A DNA stretch of 64,000 nt from IMG/VR virus record IMGVR_UViG_3300037474_000152; one strand, given 5' to 3'. Source of the stretch: a virus. This document shows, piece after piece, positions 38,359 through 48,072 of the stretch. Numbering within the stretch: the stretch's first letter is position 1; every line of letters begins with the position of its first letter. The position numbers and the translations under genes were made by a program. Below the pieces are notes generated by a model that saw only the letters and a program-made list of their open reading frames with translations, made no database searches and had not been told where the DNA came from.

Positions 38359-40197
38359 ATGCCCCTTGACGTTGCAACCAAATTAGAACTTGCTCGCACT
38401 GACCCAGCCCTCATTACTTGGGTATTTAACAATGGGCCTGAGGCGGAAGATATCTATCTTTACCAGAAATTTGGTGGAGATTTTTTCCGCTATGAAGAGA
38501 TGCTCATCGACCCACAAGTCGGCGGCAAACTAGACGAGCGAGTGGGGGCGTTACTGGGTAGAGCTGTTCTAGTGGATGCAGCGAGTGACGAGAAAGCGGA
38601 TGTAAATGCGGCGAACCTTGTCAAGAAAATCCTGGACATTTACGACGATGAGAAAAAGGGAAAGAAAGACAAAAAGAAAAAGCCACTCATCCCTTACGAG
38701 CAAATCTGTGGAAACTGGCTCAATAGTGGGCTGCTGATTGGCTTTGCCGTGCAAGCTCTGGAATGGGAGGAGAGAGACGGATTAATTCTACCCAGTGTCG
38801 AGTTTGTGCCTCAGCGACGTTTCACTTTCCGCTACAGAGAGCCGGATAACAAACTCATTAAGGTTTGCACGGATGAAGACCTTGACCCAACCAAGGACAT
38901 TATTTTAGTCAACGGCTATGAGCTGCGGTTGCTCACTAAGCGAAGTCCGATTGATGGCGAGCGCTGCCCTCGCAATCGGTTTATCTGCTACACCTACGGC
39001 AGCATGAAGGGATTGCCTCAGGGATTGGGATTGGGGTATCGCATCCGTAAGTTCTTTGAGATTCGCAAGGAGGTATTGAAGTCTGGGGTACTGAATGGCG
39101 ATCGCTTGGGTAGTCCCCCAGTTCATGGCACTTACCCAATAGACCTAAACCCTCAAAATCCGGGTGATAAGTTAGTTCTTGACGCATTTAACCGCTTACT
39201 CAAAGCCATCTCTCCCAATGCTCACGCCGCCACAACAGACGGGTTTAAGATTAACTTCCTAGAACCTCAATCTGGGGGACATGAGATACTAAAGTGGCTT
39301 TACGACACTTCAGCCGTGGAAATAACCCGCTCTATTTGGGGTGAAGGTAGTTACTCAGAGAAATCCACTGGCAGCTATGCGGCAGAAACTCAGCAAGCAG
39401 AGAACCGCAATGAGAACGTAGTGGATGCCGATTGCAATAGTCTTGACGAGGGACCATGCGCTCAACTGTGGCAGTTAATCGGGGAATATAACTGGCCCGA
39501 TGCTGCAAGCCCAATTGTCAGGAGAGAGACACGCTCTGAAATCCGACGAATGGAGCAAGAGCGACTGGAAGAGGAACGTCAGGAAGCGAAACGCAATGGA
39601 CGAGTGACAAGCGATCGCACGCTCATTCTAGACATTGGTTTAAATGTCACTGATGATTACATCAAGGAGACCTACGGTGAAGCCTTCTCTTTACCTGCCC
39701 CAGGCGAACCTGCCCCTGAAGAGGAACTGCCGCCAGAGGAGCAGGTTGCACCGGGAGAGGAGGTTGACCCCGAACTATCAGAATCTATTGACTTTGGTGC
39801 AATCATCGACCGTAAGCTCTCTTGGAACGGATTGGATATCGGTGTCGAATACCTCCCCGGTGCTGTTCGCTTCCCCGGTCGCAGGAATAGCAAGAAACTC
39901 CGCTCCGGTTACGGTCACATTCGCGGCTACCGAGGTGTAGACGGTGAAGCGCTCGACTGTTACCTCTGCCCTGGCTTAGTTCCCAGTAGAGGAGAAGAAC
40001 CCAAGGGAAGCGATCGTATTTTTGAGGTGTCCCAGGTTTCTCCCGAAGATGGGGACTTTGACGAACACAAGTATATGCTGGGCTGGGATTCCGTAGACGC
40101 AGCAAAGGCTGCCTACCTCACCGAGATGCCTGAGGAGTATTTCGGGCGGATTCGGGAGATTGCGATCGCAGACTTGGAACAGTACAAGCGGGGGTAA
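38359..40197 (+). CDS. Portal protein (DUF935/Mu gp29-like) fused to a C-terminal InPase-like domain
   Basis: YEEMLIDPQV, GLGLG, GSYAAETQ portal motifs; C-terminus YGHIRGYRGVDGEALDCY...DEHKYMLG.DS.DAAKAAYL. Confidence 0.85.
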   Translation: MPLDVATKLELARTDPALITWVFNNGPEAEDIYLYQKFGGDFFRYEEMLIDPQVGGKLDERVGALLGRAVLVDAASDEKADVNAANLVKKILDIYDDEKKGKKDKKKKPLIPYEQICGNWLNSGLLIGFAVQALEWEERDGLILPSVEFVPQRRFTFRYREPDNKLIKVCTDEDLDPTKDIILVNGYELRLLTKRSPIDGERCPRNRFICYTYGSMKGLPQGLGLGYRIRKFFEIRKEVLKSGVLNGDRLGSPPVHGTYPIDLNPQNPGDKLVLDAFNRLLKAISPNAHAATTDGFKINFLEPQSGGHEILKWLYDTSAVEITRSIWGEGSYSEKSTGSYAAETQQAENRNENVVDADCNSLDEGPCAQLWQLIGEYNWPDAASPIVRRETRSEIRRMEQERLEEERQEAKRNGRVTSDRTLILDIGLNVTDDYIKETYGEAFSLPAPGEPAPEEELPPEEQVAPGEEVDPELSESIDFGAIIDRKLSWNGLDIGVEYLPGAVRFPGRRNSKKLRSGYGHIRGYRGVDGEALDCYLCPGLVPSRGEEPKGSDRIFEVSQVSPEDGDFDEHKYMLGWDSVDAAKAAYLTEMPEEYFGRIREIAIADLEQYKRG

Positions 40198-40242
40198 TAA
40201 AAAACCGCCCAATGAGAGCGGGTGAAAGATATCAGCAAGGCT

Positions 40243-40488
40243 TCAAAGAACGATAAACTCTTGCCCAATTCGATTAACTAATGCCTGCAACTCTTCCTCC
40301 GGTTTGTCCAGCAAGGTAGAAACCTCTTTATCTGACATGCCAGATTGAATTGCCAGTATTGCAACAAAACCCCTGGGTGGCGTGTACGACTTAACGACAT
40401 CCCCCTGCTCGTTGATGATGTTTGCTTTTAAGTTACTGTGGTCTTCCATTCTCTCATCCCTCCATATCGCCCTCGGATACCGCCTCAC
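40243..40488 (-). CDS. Hypothetical protein
   Basis: 81-aa ORF. Confidence 0.4.
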   Translation of the reverse strand: MRRYPRAIWRDERMEDHSNLKANIINEQGDVVKSYTPPRGFVAILAIQSGMSDKEVSTLLDKPEEELQALVNRIGQEFIVL

Positions 40489-40520
40489 TCCGGGCGTGAT
40501 AAGTGAGGCGGGTTGTGTGG

Positions 40521-41300
40521 TTAGTCCTGAGTTAGCTTGACTTGGCAGTAATCTTCAGTGACTTCGATAATCACAGGCAGAAAATCTTCCGGGTAAACCT
40601 TGATTTCAGTCTGATGATTAGTTCCTACATACTTTGGTGCAGTCGTCGGATCGCATTTCCGTTGCTCGCGCCAAGCCTCAGCTATCTTGCGCCCTAACCA
40701 ATTCTCCTTGTTAGTTGGTGGACGATAGCCAAGAGTGCCAAGCCATTCTGTTGCTGAAAGGAGTTTAGGTTCGTCGGACGGAGCGGCAACGCCCTCAATC
40801 ATGTTCTTCAGCATTGCGCTTGCTGCCATTGCTAGCCGCTCATCATAGCGAAGATCCAAGAAGCCTTTACTCAAGTCCAGCAGCCTTAGCTGATTCTCGT
40901 AAGACATTGGTGGGAGCTTAGGTTGCTCAGACTTAGGTTCTGACTCCGCTGATACAAAGCCAAGTAGCGTGAGATTACACCAAAGGCGAAAAGCTGCACT
41001 AATCCACTGTGCAACATCAATAGCGATGAGTGGATGAACCCAAGTTCCGCGCGTCTCATTGGACCCCGTCTTGATTTCGATAATTAGTTGGTTGGTCGTC
41101 AATCCGACCGACCTTGATACTTCATCTAAATACTCGGCTGTTGAATCTAACTCCTTGTAATGCTTCCACTGCTTGCCGTTTGCCTTGCACATCTGCGTAG
41201 CATTGACGTAATGCCGAGGGATGTCATATTTCGCAATCGTCATGGGTTGCTTTAGCTGAGCAATGCCGTATCCGTTCCAATCATGTGTGATAATGTTCAT
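40521..41300 (-). CDS. KilA-N domain protein
   Basis: YVNATQMCKANGKQW.HY...GTWVHPLIAIDVAQWISAAF. Confidence 0.9.
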   Translation of the reverse strand: MNIITHDWNGYGIAQLKQPMTIAKYDIPRHYVNATQMCKANGKQWKHYKELDSTAEYLDEVSRSVGLTTNQLIIEIKTGSNETRGTWVHPLIAIDVAQWISAAFRLWCNLTLLGFVSAESEPKSEQPKLPPMSYENQLRLLDLSKGFLDLRYDERLAMAASAMLKNMIEGVAAPSDEPKLLSATEWLGTLGYRPPTNKENWLGRKIAEAWREQRKCDPTTAPKYVGTNHQTEIKVYPEDFLPVIIEVTEDYCQVKLTQD

Positions 41301-41402
41301 CGTGCATTCCTGCTAGTTAGGGTGTACTCCCCTTGGATGCTCACAACATCGCGAAGGGGGAGCGGCTTTTTACGACTTCCGTTCACAGGTCAAAGGGTTA
41401 GC

Positions 41403-42018
41403 TCAAAAAGATGAGTTTGCCCCTCGAAATCGTTGCCACTTTTCTTTTACTTCTGCCATCAAAAGACTTGGTATGTAAATAGCACATTGCTTCTCTGACT
41501 GATCAATAAAGTACTGGGTAAAATTAGCCTTGCCATTCCAAATGCGAAGCATCTGCCCTTCTATATCTGGAGCCGCTATCATCCAGTTCCCGTCAGACTT
41601 CGTTGCAAACTCAATCCCTAGATCGGAAATCGAGTTAATCTTGTAAGCAACTAGAGTCTTAATCGTTTCATCCATGTACAATACTCCTGTGTTTCGTTAT
41701 TCGTGGGAGTGCAATCGCCCCTGAAGCCTGAAATCTTTGGGGCGATTTGCGTGGGTAGGGTTAAGCGAGCCAGGGATAGGATTTGCCTTGGATCGCCGGA
41801 GGCTCCTCATCAATTGACTCAACAGCAAAGCCCACATCGGCTCCGTCTACATGTGGCATTCCACTTTCATCGAATAAGTGCTGATAGATCAATTGAGCTG
41901 CTGCTCTTTCTGCGTCCTCGCGAGTGACACCGTATTGCGGTGAATCCCATGTATCGGACTGGTAGTTTAATACTTCCGTAACTAGGTGTTCTACCGCTTT
42001 CTTTAGTTCTTCGTCCAT
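41403..42018 (-). CDS. Two hypothetical genes (41403-41681; 41761-42018 acidic)
   Basis: Co-oriented small ORFs. Confidence 0.5.
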
Positions 42019-42078
42019 TTGACATTCCTTTGATTAATGGTATTGACACCATCAAATTAGCTTGACATCTTATAAATG

Positions 42079-42285
42079 TCAACCGTTTTTACTCTTTCTC
42101 TCTATGACCGATTTAGGTACTATCACGTAATCCCCTGATGCTATAGCATCCAACATTTTGCCTGTGGCACCGCCTCTACCATGCAGAAAACCAAGCATGG
42201 TAGCAATCTTGCTTAGTTCGTTAGGTGTGCTTTCATTCACTCTCCAGTTTCCTCGAACCCGTCCTTCTATTGCTCGCCTACCCAT
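42079..42285 (-). CDS. Small RHH-like regulator
   Basis: MGRRAIEGRVRG...GATGKMLDAIASG; paralog of 32942-33163. Confidence 0.5.
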   Translation of the reverse strand: MGRRAIEGRVRGNWRVNESTPNELSKIATMLGFLHGRGGATGKMLDAIASGDYVIVPKSVIERKSKNG

Positions 42286-42339
42286 TTAATCGTCTTCCGT
42301 TTATACTTATTACATGGTTGACGTTTATCAGTGTAACAA

Positions 42340-42846
42340 ATGAAAAGCGGAGTGTATTTAATACGGAACGTAAAGAACCAAAGAATATATATTGGTTCGA
42401 GTGAAAACGTATATCACCGCAAAAAGGAACATTGGTGGACACTAAGAGCAGGCAAGCACCATTCGCAAAAACTTCAAGCGGACTGGAACGTCTACGGTGA
42501 GGATTGTTTTGAATTTGTTGTTGTACGGCTAACGTCGAATGACAAAGAGATTAAAAACCTAGAAGAGAGCTTAATAGAAAAACTGAATGCCGTTCAATCC
42601 GGCTACAACACGCTAGTTTACTCGACTCGACCAATCAAGATCAGGTGTGAAATTCATGTTAGTATCGGCAACCCTACGTCAAAAATTCATCCAAACGACT
42701 GGGAGACATGGCAAGAGCTAATCCAGTCGATTAAAGAAGGTCAGCGACCAAACCTAGCTAGCAACAAGAGGAAAAGAGCGTTGTTGGCAATAGCAAGGCT
42801 AGTTGAAGAGGCGCAGGGTGAGAAAATGTTTGAGGTAGGAGAATGA
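42340..42846 (+). CDS. GIY-YIG endonuclease
   Basis: SGVYLIRNVKNQRIYIGSS...R...H...H.S.KLQ.DWN.YGED.FEF...E...GYN. Confidence 0.88.
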   Translation: MKSGVYLIRNVKNQRIYIGSSENVYHRKKEHWWTLRAGKHHSQKLQADWNVYGEDCFEFVVVRLTSNDKEIKNLEESLIEKLNAVQSGYNTLVYSTRPIKIRCEIHVSIGNPTSKIHPNDWETWQELIQSIKEGQRPNLASNKRKRALLAIARLVEEAQGEKMFEVGE

Positions 42847-43316
42847 CTGTTGGAATATATGTGATTCGATGCAAGACAACAAATAAAGCTTACATAGGTT
42901 CAAGTAAAAACATCCGATTGCGTTGGAATGCACACAGATACAAGCTGAGGAAAGGAATTCACCATTCAAAGAAACTGCAACACGCATGGAATAAATATGG
43001 AGAAGAATCTTTTGAATTTATTGTTGCAGAAGAAGTAATTGATGGATTGCTCTCAGTTTTTGAGCAGATATATATCAACAAGTTCAATGCTTGCAAGGAC
43101 GGATACAACATATTAACCCACGCTGGCACTACAATTGGCGCAAATAAAATTTACGAGGAGCAGAAGGTAAACGTCAATTCGTCTCTCACCCCAACCGCTC
43201 GCGACAACTACGACGAAGCAGCTAAACACCTCAACATCAGCCGCAGCGAACTCATCGAGCGACTGGGACGCAAGGGTGTGGTCTGGTTGGTGGAAGCGGT
43301 GAGGGATGAGAGGTAA
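42843..43316 (+). CDS. GIY-YIG endonuclease with C-terminal RHH-like domain
   Basis: GIYVIRC...YIGSS...R...H; C-terminal SLTPTA...AAKHLNISRSELIERLGR. Confidence 0.85.
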   Translation: MTVGIYVIRCKTTNKAYIGSSKNIRLRWNAHRYKLRKGIHHSKKLQHAWNKYGEESFEFIVAEEVIDGLLSVFEQIYINKFNACKDGYNILTHAGTTIGANKIYEEQKVNVNSSLTPTARDNYDEAAKHLNISRSELIERLGRKGVVWLVEAVRDER

Positions 43317-43348
43317 ACTGAGAATGTCAGAATCACCCACCCAACTAG

Positions 43349-44419
43349 TTGCAGTTAATTGAAGCCTTTGCCGAACTAGGTCGAGTTGTCCGTTCCCAAG
43401 CAAACCGAGATATTGCCGATATCTACGAAGAGCGCATTGCAACTGCGTTCCACAAAGATGTGGGGAATCTGCTCTCCTCTATCAAGAATGAAATGTCATC
43501 TGACATGGACTGGCAAGCGCAGTACTCAAAATTGGATACTACAGCGCTTGCTTCCACACTTTCCACTATCAATCAACTTGGGAGAATACTGGGGCGTTAT
43601 TCCGAGCGTGCTGACAGGGAGGGTGTGGAGTTTGCGGACGACCCCACTCGCCTGCCATTTGATAAAGCGATCGCATATTTCCGTCAAAAGCTCAATATCC
43701 CCACCGGTACGTGGAAAACCATCCAAGGGGCTGAGAATGACTGGGCGTTTGGGATAGCTAAAGTCACCTGTGCCGAGATGTTACAGGATTTCAGGGAGGC
43801 ACTGGATAGGTATATTGCAGACGGTACGGGATTTGCTCAATTTGCAAAGGACTTCGATGCGATCGCACAAAACTATGGATGGCAGCCCAAAGGAGGAATA
43901 GCAAGGTCGGCTGACCTTGTGGCTAAGACTAACTTTCGTATGGCTTACGCAGCAGGACAGTGGGAGCAAAGACAAGACCCCGTGGTGAAGCAATTGCGTC
44001 CGGGTTTGATGTGGAGACACCGAGATTCCCCTAACTTCCGCCCTCACCACAAGGCACTAGATGGGATGGTGTTTGATGGGAATGACCCGCAGTATGCTGG
44101 GTTAAGCGCGCCATCGGGATTTGGGTGCAGGTGCCGACTCTACTCCGTTCCGTTGCCAGACAATGGGTTTGACGTGTTGAGCGATCGCCTCCCCTGCCAA
44201 CTCCCTAACGGTAAGGTGGGAAAAGTGCCAGCTATCAAGATCGAGGATAAGCTCTACCCGGTTGCCGATCCGGGTTTTTTCTATGTACCGGGTGCTAGTC
44301 CCATTTCTGCTCGCCCCCAGCTATTCCAGCAGATGCTTGAGAGGCAGCCGCCAGTGTGGCAGAAACTAATTAAACGAGCAATCCCACGAGCAATACTAAA
44401 GGTGATAGGCGCGGTGTGA
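43349..44419 (+). CDS. MuF-like head morphogenesis protein
   Basis: LPFDKAIAYFRQK, TNFRMAYAAGQWEQ, RPHHKALDG, PSGFGCRCR; TTG start MQLIEAFAELG. Confidence 0.9.
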   Translation: MQLIEAFAELGRVVRSQANRDIADIYEERIATAFHKDVGNLLSSIKNEMSSDMDWQAQYSKLDTTALASTLSTINQLGRILGRYSERADREGVEFADDPTRLPFDKAIAYFRQKLNIPTGTWKTIQGAENDWAFGIAKVTCAEMLQDFREALDRYIADGTGFAQFAKDFDAIAQNYGWQPKGGIARSADLVAKTNFRMAYAAGQWEQRQDPVVKQLRPGLMWRHRDSPNFRPHHKALDGMVFDGNDPQYAGLSAPSGFGCRCRLYSVPLPDNGFDVLSDRLPCQLPNGKVGKVPAIKIEDKLYPVADPGFFYVPGASPISARPQLFQQMLERQPPVWQKLIKRAIPRAILKVIGAV

Positions 44420-44475
44420 CGCGGATATGAGTTGAATGACCAGCAGGTAATTGTATCCATTCATCGGTTGATTAA

Positions 44476-45570
44476 ATGTTATTGATTGAAGCGTTTGCTG
44501 AATTAGGGCAACTCTTTAAAGAATCTAGCTTTGCCCAATCAGGGGGGCAACCCATAACTGATTCGGAAGTACTGGATTATGTGAATGGTGTTGTTCGCTC
44601 CATGATTCGCGATCGCAATTTATCCGTTGTTGGGGTAACAGTAGACGGCGATACCTTCAAGGGCGAAGCGCGGGTCAAGACCAGCCTCCGGCTGACCAAG
44701 CGATTTAGTTTTGAGATTTCTCCAGATTTCAAAACTTTCCAATCGCTCAACGCCGAAGAGATTGAGAAATTTGCGGAGCCAGTAGAGTTTAGGGCATCTG
44801 GCGGAAAAACCCTCAAGTGTAAAATTCAGCAATGTGGTGGTCGATGCCTTAAAGGTAAAGAGAAGTGTCGCATCACGATGAATGCCGAAGAGCGAAAAGC
44901 TCACGACAAAGCTTTGCGAAAGGTGGGAACCGTGGAAACATCCCTAGCCAAAAAACGACGGGAGACGAAAGAGGCAAAGAACGCTAACATTAATCCTCTT
45001 GCCAGCAAAAACCAGCAAACTGGCAACCGCCAGAATAATGATTTAAAGGCTACCTCCACTGATACTGCTTCAAAAAAACAACCAAGTAAGCTTTTGGCGA
45101 TACAGGACAACAATAAGATAAAGTCTAATTTCGATAGTCAATGGGCAAAAGCTGTTGATGACCTAAGTCTTTCTAGGATTAGTCAAGAAAAACTCAAGGA
45201 TTATAAGTTTGTTTTGAATGAAATTACAGCTTCCGAAGACAAAAAGTATGCAATCTTTGACGACAAAGGGAACATGCAAGCTGTCGCGACTTGGAAGAAA
45301 AAAAACGACTGTGTTTCTATTGGTCATTTGGCAACTGCCCCCTGGAATATATCTGGAGATGACCCGCGAAGTGTTAAAGGGGCAGGAACAAAGGCTGTTG
45401 TGCAAGCCGTCAAAATTAGTCAGCGCTTAGGTTTTGAAGGAAAAATTAGACTAGAGAGTGCTGATACCGCAAAGGCATTTTATGAAAAATTAGGATTTAA
45501 GTCACCCAGCAAAGATGTTTACGTCTTGAGCAAAAAAAATGCAGAAGAATTATTGAAAAAACATGGATAA
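44476..45570 (+). CDS. Virion-region effector 1: shared carrier domain, Cys-rich motif, C-terminal GNAT acetyltransferase
   Basis: MLLIEAFAELG leader; CKIQQCGGRCLKGKEKC; IGHLATAPWN...VKGAGTK...IRLES...AFYEKLGF. Confidence 0.75.
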   Translation: MLLIEAFAELGQLFKESSFAQSGGQPITDSEVLDYVNGVVRSMIRDRNLSVVGVTVDGDTFKGEARVKTSLRLTKRFSFEISPDFKTFQSLNAEEIEKFAEPVEFRASGGKTLKCKIQQCGGRCLKGKEKCRITMNAEERKAHDKALRKVGTVETSLAKKRRETKEAKNANINPLASKNQQTGNRQNNDLKATSTDTASKKQPSKLLAIQDNNKIKSNFDSQWAKAVDDLSLSRISQEKLKDYKFVLNEITASEDKKYAIFDDKGNMQAVATWKKKNDCVSIGHLATAPWNISGDDPRSVKGAGTKAVVQAVKISQRLGFEGKIRLESADTAKAFYEKLGFKSPSKDVYVLSKKNAEELLKKHG

Positions 45571-45629
45571 ACTGATTTCCACTTACGCAATACAAGATAG
45601 GCTTACAAGGAAAACTGTAACTAGTTTGC

Positions 45630-46055
45630 ATGAAAGTAGAAATTAATCTAACTCAAGTCAATGCCATGTTTGCAAAGGTCGATCGCGCATTGGGCGATGC
45701 GACACCTCTGTTCAACTTGATCGGGCAAGAGATGGAGCTAAGTATTGACGATGGGTTCAAGGGAGAGGTTGACCCTGACGGAAGTCCATGGGCAGCGCTC
45801 TCTCCTGGCTATGAAGCCCAAAAGCAGAAAAAGGGATTTATTGCCAAGATTAACCAGCGTCGTGGCGATCTAAGGGGGACGATAGCCTATAGAGCTTATC
45901 GCGATCGCTTGGAGATTGGGTCAAATGTGCCGTATAGTTTGCACGTCCAACGAAAGCGACCCTATCTCTACTCAAAATCAGGTGGATTGGGGCGAAGGGC
46001 TGAGCTTAGGATTGAGCGAGTAGCGGATAATTATATTCAGTCGTTGGTTCGTTAG
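45630..46055 (+). CDS. Phage virion morphogenesis protein (Mu gpG / P2 gpS-like)
   Basis: FKGEVDPDGSPWAALS...GDLRGTI...IGSNVPYS..Q...RPYL. Confidence 0.85.
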   Translation: MKVEINLTQVNAMFAKVDRALGDATPLFNLIGQEMELSIDDGFKGEVDPDGSPWAALSPGYEAQKQKKGFIAKINQRRGDLRGTIAYRAYRDRLEIGSNVPYSLHVQRKRPYLYSKSGGLGRRAELRIERVADNYIQSLVR

Positions 46056-47276
46056 ATGCTATTGATTGAAGCGTTTGCTGAATTGGGGCGAGTTGCTAGA
46101 GAGTATGCGGATAATTTCGCCGAGTCTATCACTGACCCAGACATCTTGAGTGATATTGAGGGCATCATCCAAGCTAAGTACACAGACTGGGATTCTGATT
46201 GCAGGATTACCAGTCTCACATTGGACGGAGATACTTTCAATGGTGAGTTTACCGACAGGGTTAACCTGAGAGTTGTCAAACGCTATGGTTTTACGGCAAC
46301 ACCTGTACGGCTGAGTTTCAAGCTAGTCAACCCTAGCGTTGTTGAAAGCTTTACAGAGGTAGACTTTGTAGCAGGCAAGAAGAAAAGCTGCCCAAAAGGT
46401 ACGCCATGTGGTGGCAGTTGCATCAGCAAGACTAAAACTTGCGTCAGTGAGTTGTCCCCCGAACAACAGAAGGCTCACAAAGCTGCATTGAGAAAAGCTG
46501 GAACCGTTGACACTTCGCTTGCCAAGAAACGGCGAGAGATGAAGGAGGCAAAACGCAACGACAGGCTTGGTATTACAAATATGGAGAAAACCCTCGAAAG
46601 AGGGAAGCGGATGACTGATGACATGAAGGTAGTGGGCAAGCGCTTAGAGAAGGGGTTTAAGGAACTTGAGAAAAAAAAGAAAGAAGCAAAAGTAACTTCA
46701 CTTGATAGCAAGAGAAAGAAAGGAGGTGATAATGCGGGGAAAGAACCAAGTGGGACAAAGAAAGATAACGTAACGTCACTTCAGTCTAAAAGGGCAAGTA
46801 AGTCAGTTAAGGAAAGGCTAGGCAAAGATGATGTTGAGGGAGCCATTAACCAAGTAATCAAAGATGCCGACGACGCCAAGAAAATTGCTAAAGAGGCGGT
46901 TACTGGGCTTGACAAAGCTCAGAAGCGCCTAGAGAAAGTGGCAGATGACGCACTGAAAAAGTATCCAGTCCTTTCCGGGGAAGAAACAACTAAAGGTAAA
47001 AACCCAAACCTTGGATCTAAGGAAAGAAATTTAAAAAACGGCAAATGGCTAGAGTTGCAGACAAATAACCCTGACATCCCCGATTCTGCCAGATATCTCC
47101 TAAATGCAATGGGGAAAGGAATGGCTAGACCGTTTCCGCTAGGGGATAGTAGAACTCGACAATCCGCTTGGCATGAATGGGCTAGAAATGCTCTGGGTGA
47201 AGCTGGCATTGATTACGATAGAAACGGAAAAATGCCAGCCCCTTCGGGTGGAGGTAAGCGAAGCAAAGGGAAGTAG
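46056..47276 (+). CDS. Virion-region effector 2: shared carrier domain, Cys-rich motif, Lys-rich linker, unknown C-terminal domain
   Basis: MLLIEAFAELG; SCPKGTPCGGSCISKTKTC; KAHKAALRKAGTVDTSLAKKRRE. Confidence 0.7.
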   Translation: MLLIEAFAELGRVAREYADNFAESITDPDILSDIEGIIQAKYTDWDSDCRITSLTLDGDTFNGEFTDRVNLRVVKRYGFTATPVRLSFKLVNPSVVESFTEVDFVAGKKKSCPKGTPCGGSCISKTKTCVSELSPEQQKAHKAALRKAGTVDTSLAKKRREMKEAKRNDRLGITNMEKTLERGKRMTDDMKVVGKRLEKGFKELEKKKKEAKVTSLDSKRKKGGDNAGKEPSGTKKDNVTSLQSKRASKSVKERLGKDDVEGAINQVIKDADDAKKIAKEAVTGLDKAQKRLEKVADDALKKYPVLSGEETTKGKNPNLGSKERNLKNGKWLELQTNNPDIPDSARYLLNAMGKGMARPFPLGDSRTRQSAWHEWARNALGEAGIDYDRNGKMPAPSGGGKRSKGK

Positions 47277-47279
47277 ATC

Positions 47280-47720
47280 GTGCCATTCGGAGCCTACGCA
47301 CCAAATCAAAAGCGCTTTCCTGGAGCGCAGATTGTCTACAGCATCCCCTATGACAGTGAAAACGCTGGTACGACAGAGCCAACAATTTTCACGGGCGCAA
47401 TAGCACCCCCTCTAGTTCTCGCCATTGCAAACCAGGAATACTTGTTTGCCGTATCGCAAGCTATGCGAATCGAGTTTTTCTGCCGCACTGACGACGAAGT
47501 TAGATACGCCTACCAGGAAGGTGGAACACATCTCCCCGGTCTTGGCTACCGAACGTTGCGACCAGGAAGCGAGAAAGATCTAAACTTTGGGAATGGGTAC
47601 TTCGATGGCACTCTCTACTTTGCCTCAAGTACGGCTGGAGCAGTTATCGAACTGGAGGTGTGGAGTGCCAACGCGATCAATTTATCGGCAGATGGGGGAG
47701 GCTCCGAGTTCAACCCTTGA
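47280..47720 (+). CDS. Hypothetical virion-region protein
   Basis: GTG start, 146 aa, beta-rich; operon context. Confidence 0.55.
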   Translation: MPFGAYAPNQKRFPGAQIVYSIPYDSENAGTTEPTIFTGAIAPPLVLAIANQEYLFAVSQAMRIEFFCRTDDEVRYAYQEGGTHLPGLGYRTLRPGSEKDLNFGNGYFDGTLYFASSTAGAVIELEVWSANAINLSADGGGSEFNP

Positions 47721-48072
47721 GCTACCCGCCGCATCCAATCTTAGCGGTCATCGGCTTGTGGTCATTGAACGAACCCGCCGCGTGAACTATGCTGACAACC
47801 TCAACCTCACGCATCCTGGCCGTATTATTGGACTGACATTAGGCGCAGCCTCAGTGGGAGAGTTAGCGCTAATTCAACGAGCGGGAAAAGTAGTCGAACC
47901 CAGCTGGAGTTGGATTCCTTCAAGGTCGCTGTGGCTAGGAGCGTCCGGAACTCTAACTCAAGCCAAACCCACAGCAGGATTTTTATTGGTTGTCGGAGTT
48001 GCGTTAGGGTCTAGCGCTATATTGATGGCAAATATTCAATCCGCACACGTTACCTACTTATTCGATGGCTGA
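47692..48072 (+). CDS. DUF2190-like capsid cement/head fibre protein
   Basis: NLSGHRLV...IIGLTLGAASVG...G...W.W...LWLGASGTLTQ..P..GF...VG.A; ATG at 47692. Confidence 0.55.
   Translation: MGEAPSSTLELPAASNLSGHRLVVIERTRRVNYADNLNLTHPGRIIGLTLGAASVGELALIQRAGKVVEPSWSWIPSRSLWLGASGTLTQAKPTAGFLLVVGVALGSSAILMANIQSAHVTYLFDG

Noticed and set aside
42340-43316. Group I intron carrying GIY-YIG endonucleases
   Set aside because: The flanking genes (portal, MuF) appear complete and no intron core elements were recognised.
45563-45646. 27-aa ORF after the GNAT effector as its immunity gene
   Set aside because: Very short, no SD and overlaps gpG; cannot be supported.
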